A stretch of DNA of 64,000 nucleotides from Thermodesulfobacteriota bacterium (GTDB taxonomy: Bacteria > Desulfobacterota_D > UBA1144 > Nemesobacterales > Mycalebacteriaceae): contig OZ242184.1 in the NCBI GenBank assembly GCA_965205855.1, forward strand, positions 800,001-864,000, given 5' to 3'. Each line of letters begins with the position of its first letter. Within the stretch, counting starts at the first letter, position 1. This document shows positions 61,706 to 64,000 of this stretch, piece by piece. A model generated the notes under the pieces. That model worked only from the letters and a program-made list of their open reading frames with translations, was not told where the DNA came from and ran no database searches. The position numbers and the translations under genes were made by a program.

Positions 61706-62914
61706 GAGACCTTTGCACGGACACATTGTAGAGTTTATCAGTTCTTCAAACGGGCTTTTTTTTGAGAAAAATGCCCAAAAAGCACTCAATCAGCCGTATT
61801 GGTTGGCCGATTAGCCCATCTTTCCACCCCTTTTTCATTTTTTAGGCGCAACTTGCCTGCTGAAGCGATAAACCCCGCTTGATATTGTCGGCGACGCACA
61901 TCAACTCAAAGCGCGTGCGGTTACGGCCAAGACCCAGGTAGCGGGCTTTGCCCATCCCGTAGTGTAGCTTTAACACCCCAAAGACACGTTCCACCGTACA
62001 GCGTACCCCCGAATGAAGCCGGTTAAACTTCCTCCCCTGTGCATCCAACGGCTGGTTGCGATAAGCCACGTTTGATGATCCGATTATCTATCTGTCGCTC
62101 CGCCAGCCACGGGTCGTGAGCCTGACTACGATAAGCATTATCCGCATAAACCGCCGTCTCATCGCCGCTTAATAAATCCGTAAAGCAGTTGGAATCATGC
62201 ACATGACCCGGGCTGTAGTCGGTTGACTTAATGAACCCATCTTCATCCACATTAATGTGCGCCTTGTAACCATAGGTACTTTTGCGCTTTCCATCCGACC
62301 CGGCTTTCACATTCCAGCCGACCTCGGGGTCTTGGGTCGAATGACCTTCCTGGTTCTTGTGGGGACGGCATTGCTTCGCTTCAATCACACTGGCATCAAC
62401 AATACTGACCCCTCCCGATTGGATGTAAAGCCCTTGTTCGCTCAATTGAGTGTTGATCTCACCCAGGCACGCATCCATCAAGGATAAGCGCTCCAGCGTT
62501 TGTCTAAACCGCCACAACGTCGCGTGATCCGGCACCGATTCTGAAATGTCCAGACCGGTGAAGCGACGAAACAGCAGATCCCGTGCCAATTGCTTTTCCA
62601 GTGCCGGGTCACTGAGTCCGTACCAGCTTCGCAGCAACAAAGCTTTAAACATCATCAATGGTGGCCAGGCCTTCTCGCCCCGAGGGTTTGAATGAATACC
62701 TGAAAGCTGTTGCTCCAGGCGCGACCAATCGATTAATTCGTGCACAGCATCCAGTTCTTTGAGCGCATCATGATCGATCAACAGGCCATCCGTCAAACTG
62801 CGTTGCCTGAGGTTTTTCCAGGCCATTTCTTCTCCAGTGGAGGGGTATAGTGCTTGGGCGGCCTATTATCTCAAATCCTCAACGTAGGTTCTTCTGGTTT
62901 TATGCAAAGGTCTC
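61706..62914 (-). mobile_element. IS5-family (IS1106-like) element, full length (1209 bp), transposase frameshifted
   Basis: Perfect 12-bp terminal IRs GAGACCTTTGCA; transposase 62826-61842 split by one extra G near 62066 (IKR/AYRNQP). Confidence 0.93.
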
Positions 62915-62939
62915 AATTTAAGAAATAAGAATAGTAATG

Positions 62940-62989
62940 GGGTCAGAGTAATATTTATCCCCCATGGTTTCTTAATTCGACTCTGACCC
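62940..62989. repeat. REP/MITE-like inverted repeat
   Basis: GGGTCAGAGT-30 nt-ACTCTGACCC. Confidence 0.55.
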
Positions 62990-63005
62990 TTATTGTTTCC
63001 TTTCG

Positions 63006-64000
63006 TTATTTTTCACTAATGATATATGGGAACTGTATTTTATAACGCATTGCATTGTTTGCGTTATCGTCAATTGCTACACCGGTCATTAGCTGTAATA
63101 CCGTATTCATCGCATCGTCGTGCAAGGCACGTCCGTTAAGGCCGTTCACCGTATAATTCGCCTTTGTACCGATTTTGTAATTCATAATATCCGGCATCAC
63201 CATATCAGCCACCTTGTATGCATGTTTTTTTGCTACGGCAGGCTTTGCGCCAGCCACTGATGTCGCCCAAAAAACATTGTGAATAATCGTCTGGCGTCTT
63301 TCCGCAACATCTAAATCGGGACGATGTTGCCCATGATCTTCATGCACAGCGGGTGTATCAGAAAGAAAGACATAAGGGAAAAGTACATTCGCGTGGCGAT
63401 CAACCTGACACCACTCATCTTTGTAAAAAACTGATGTTGTTGTAAAAAACTTAACTTCACTCCCTAACATTTTATTAGGAACATCCACCACAATAAAACT
63501 CGCCGTTGCACCTATAAATAAATCTCCATCTTCTTTAAAAATCTCCGGCGCAAAAGTGCCTTTTTGTTTAGCTGCATTAAATTTAGCTAATCCCACACCA
63601 TTTCCAAAAAAAGGATCATTGCCTCTACCCACCCAAACACGCATGCCGTTTGATAGGTTTATTTTTTTACCCACCTGCCCATTACCTGTCGGCTTTCCTT
63701 TTTCTCCCACTTTCGCATTGGGAGTATCTATTTTTGAGATAGAAACGTTTCCTTTTTGAAAAGAGAACACCAGTGTCATACCTTTTTTAAAAGCCATATC
63801 TTGCGCAAAATGAAGATTATAAAGCCCACCTTGAGCAAACACTACACCAGCAGGTGACGTGCCTGTTCCTGGCTGACTCGGATTAGATGAAGAGATAAAA
63901 GAGGTATACCCCTTATTGCTAGACTGGAACACATAAGTGTCATTAAGATCATAAGCAGGATACTTGCCCTGCAAACCCGATATAAAGTGCCCAGAAGCAT
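63006..64000 (-). CDS. DUF4331-family protein (5' end outside the window)
   Basis: Frame open to the window edge; DLNDTYVF, GRGNDPFF, QVDR, NGRALHDD, FPY motifs. Confidence 0.75.
   Translation of the reverse strand, partial: ASGHFISGLQGKYPAYDLNDTYVFQSSNKGYTSFISSSNPSQPGTGTSPAGVVFAQGGLYNLHFAQDMAFKKGMTLVFSFQKGNVSISKIDTPNAKVGEKGKPTGNGQVGKKINLSNGMRVWVGRGNDPFFGNGVGLAKFNAAKQKGTFAPEIFKEDGDLFIGATASFIVVDVPNKMLGSEVKFFTTTSVFYKDEWCQVDRHANVLFPYVFLSDTPAVHEDHGQHRPDLDVAERRQTIIHNVFWATSVAGAKPAVAKKHAYKVADMVMPDIMNYKIGTKANYTVNGLNGRALHDDAMNTVLQLMTGVAIDDNANNAMRYKIQFPYIISEK

Noticed and set aside
62023-62075. Programmed frameshift in the IS transposase
   Set aside because: No slippery A-run at the junction; a single extra G fits a mutation or sequencing error better.

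Overview
About 54 kb of housekeeping chromosome from a diderm bacterium. The gene repertoire looks deltaproteobacteria-like, possibly Ca. Dadabacteria; this is inference only. It contains the start of an alternative complex III/Qrc-like operon, bioD, peroxiredoxins, trpDC, nusB-ribH-ribBA, a MoxR/VWA pair split by a decayed GmrSD gene, purL-purF, valS, the tRNA-tuf-secE-nusG-rplKAJL-rpoBC cluster, bamA/lol/lysS, pyrRBC, lepB, a RelA/SpoT homolog, gmk and an arsenosugar-type radical SAM cluster. The last ~10 kb is accessory DNA: two direct copies of an IS1106-like IS5 element enclose a 2024-aa Hhe-type (DUF4011-helicase-nuclease-DUF3320) defence gene with an internal GreA/B C-terminal domain, followed by a DUF4331 gene. 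The most striking unexplained signal is in RNA polymerase. RpoB carries a 66-aa insertion that aligns without gaps to the ribosomal L7/L12 C-terminal domain. RpoC carries a ~260-aa insertion with apparently split L7/L12-like halves around a helical region that includes an HPD-less J-domain-like segment. The interior of tuf also has a sharply foreign, C-avoiding codon usage. All domain calls are by-eye motif recognition; no searches were run.
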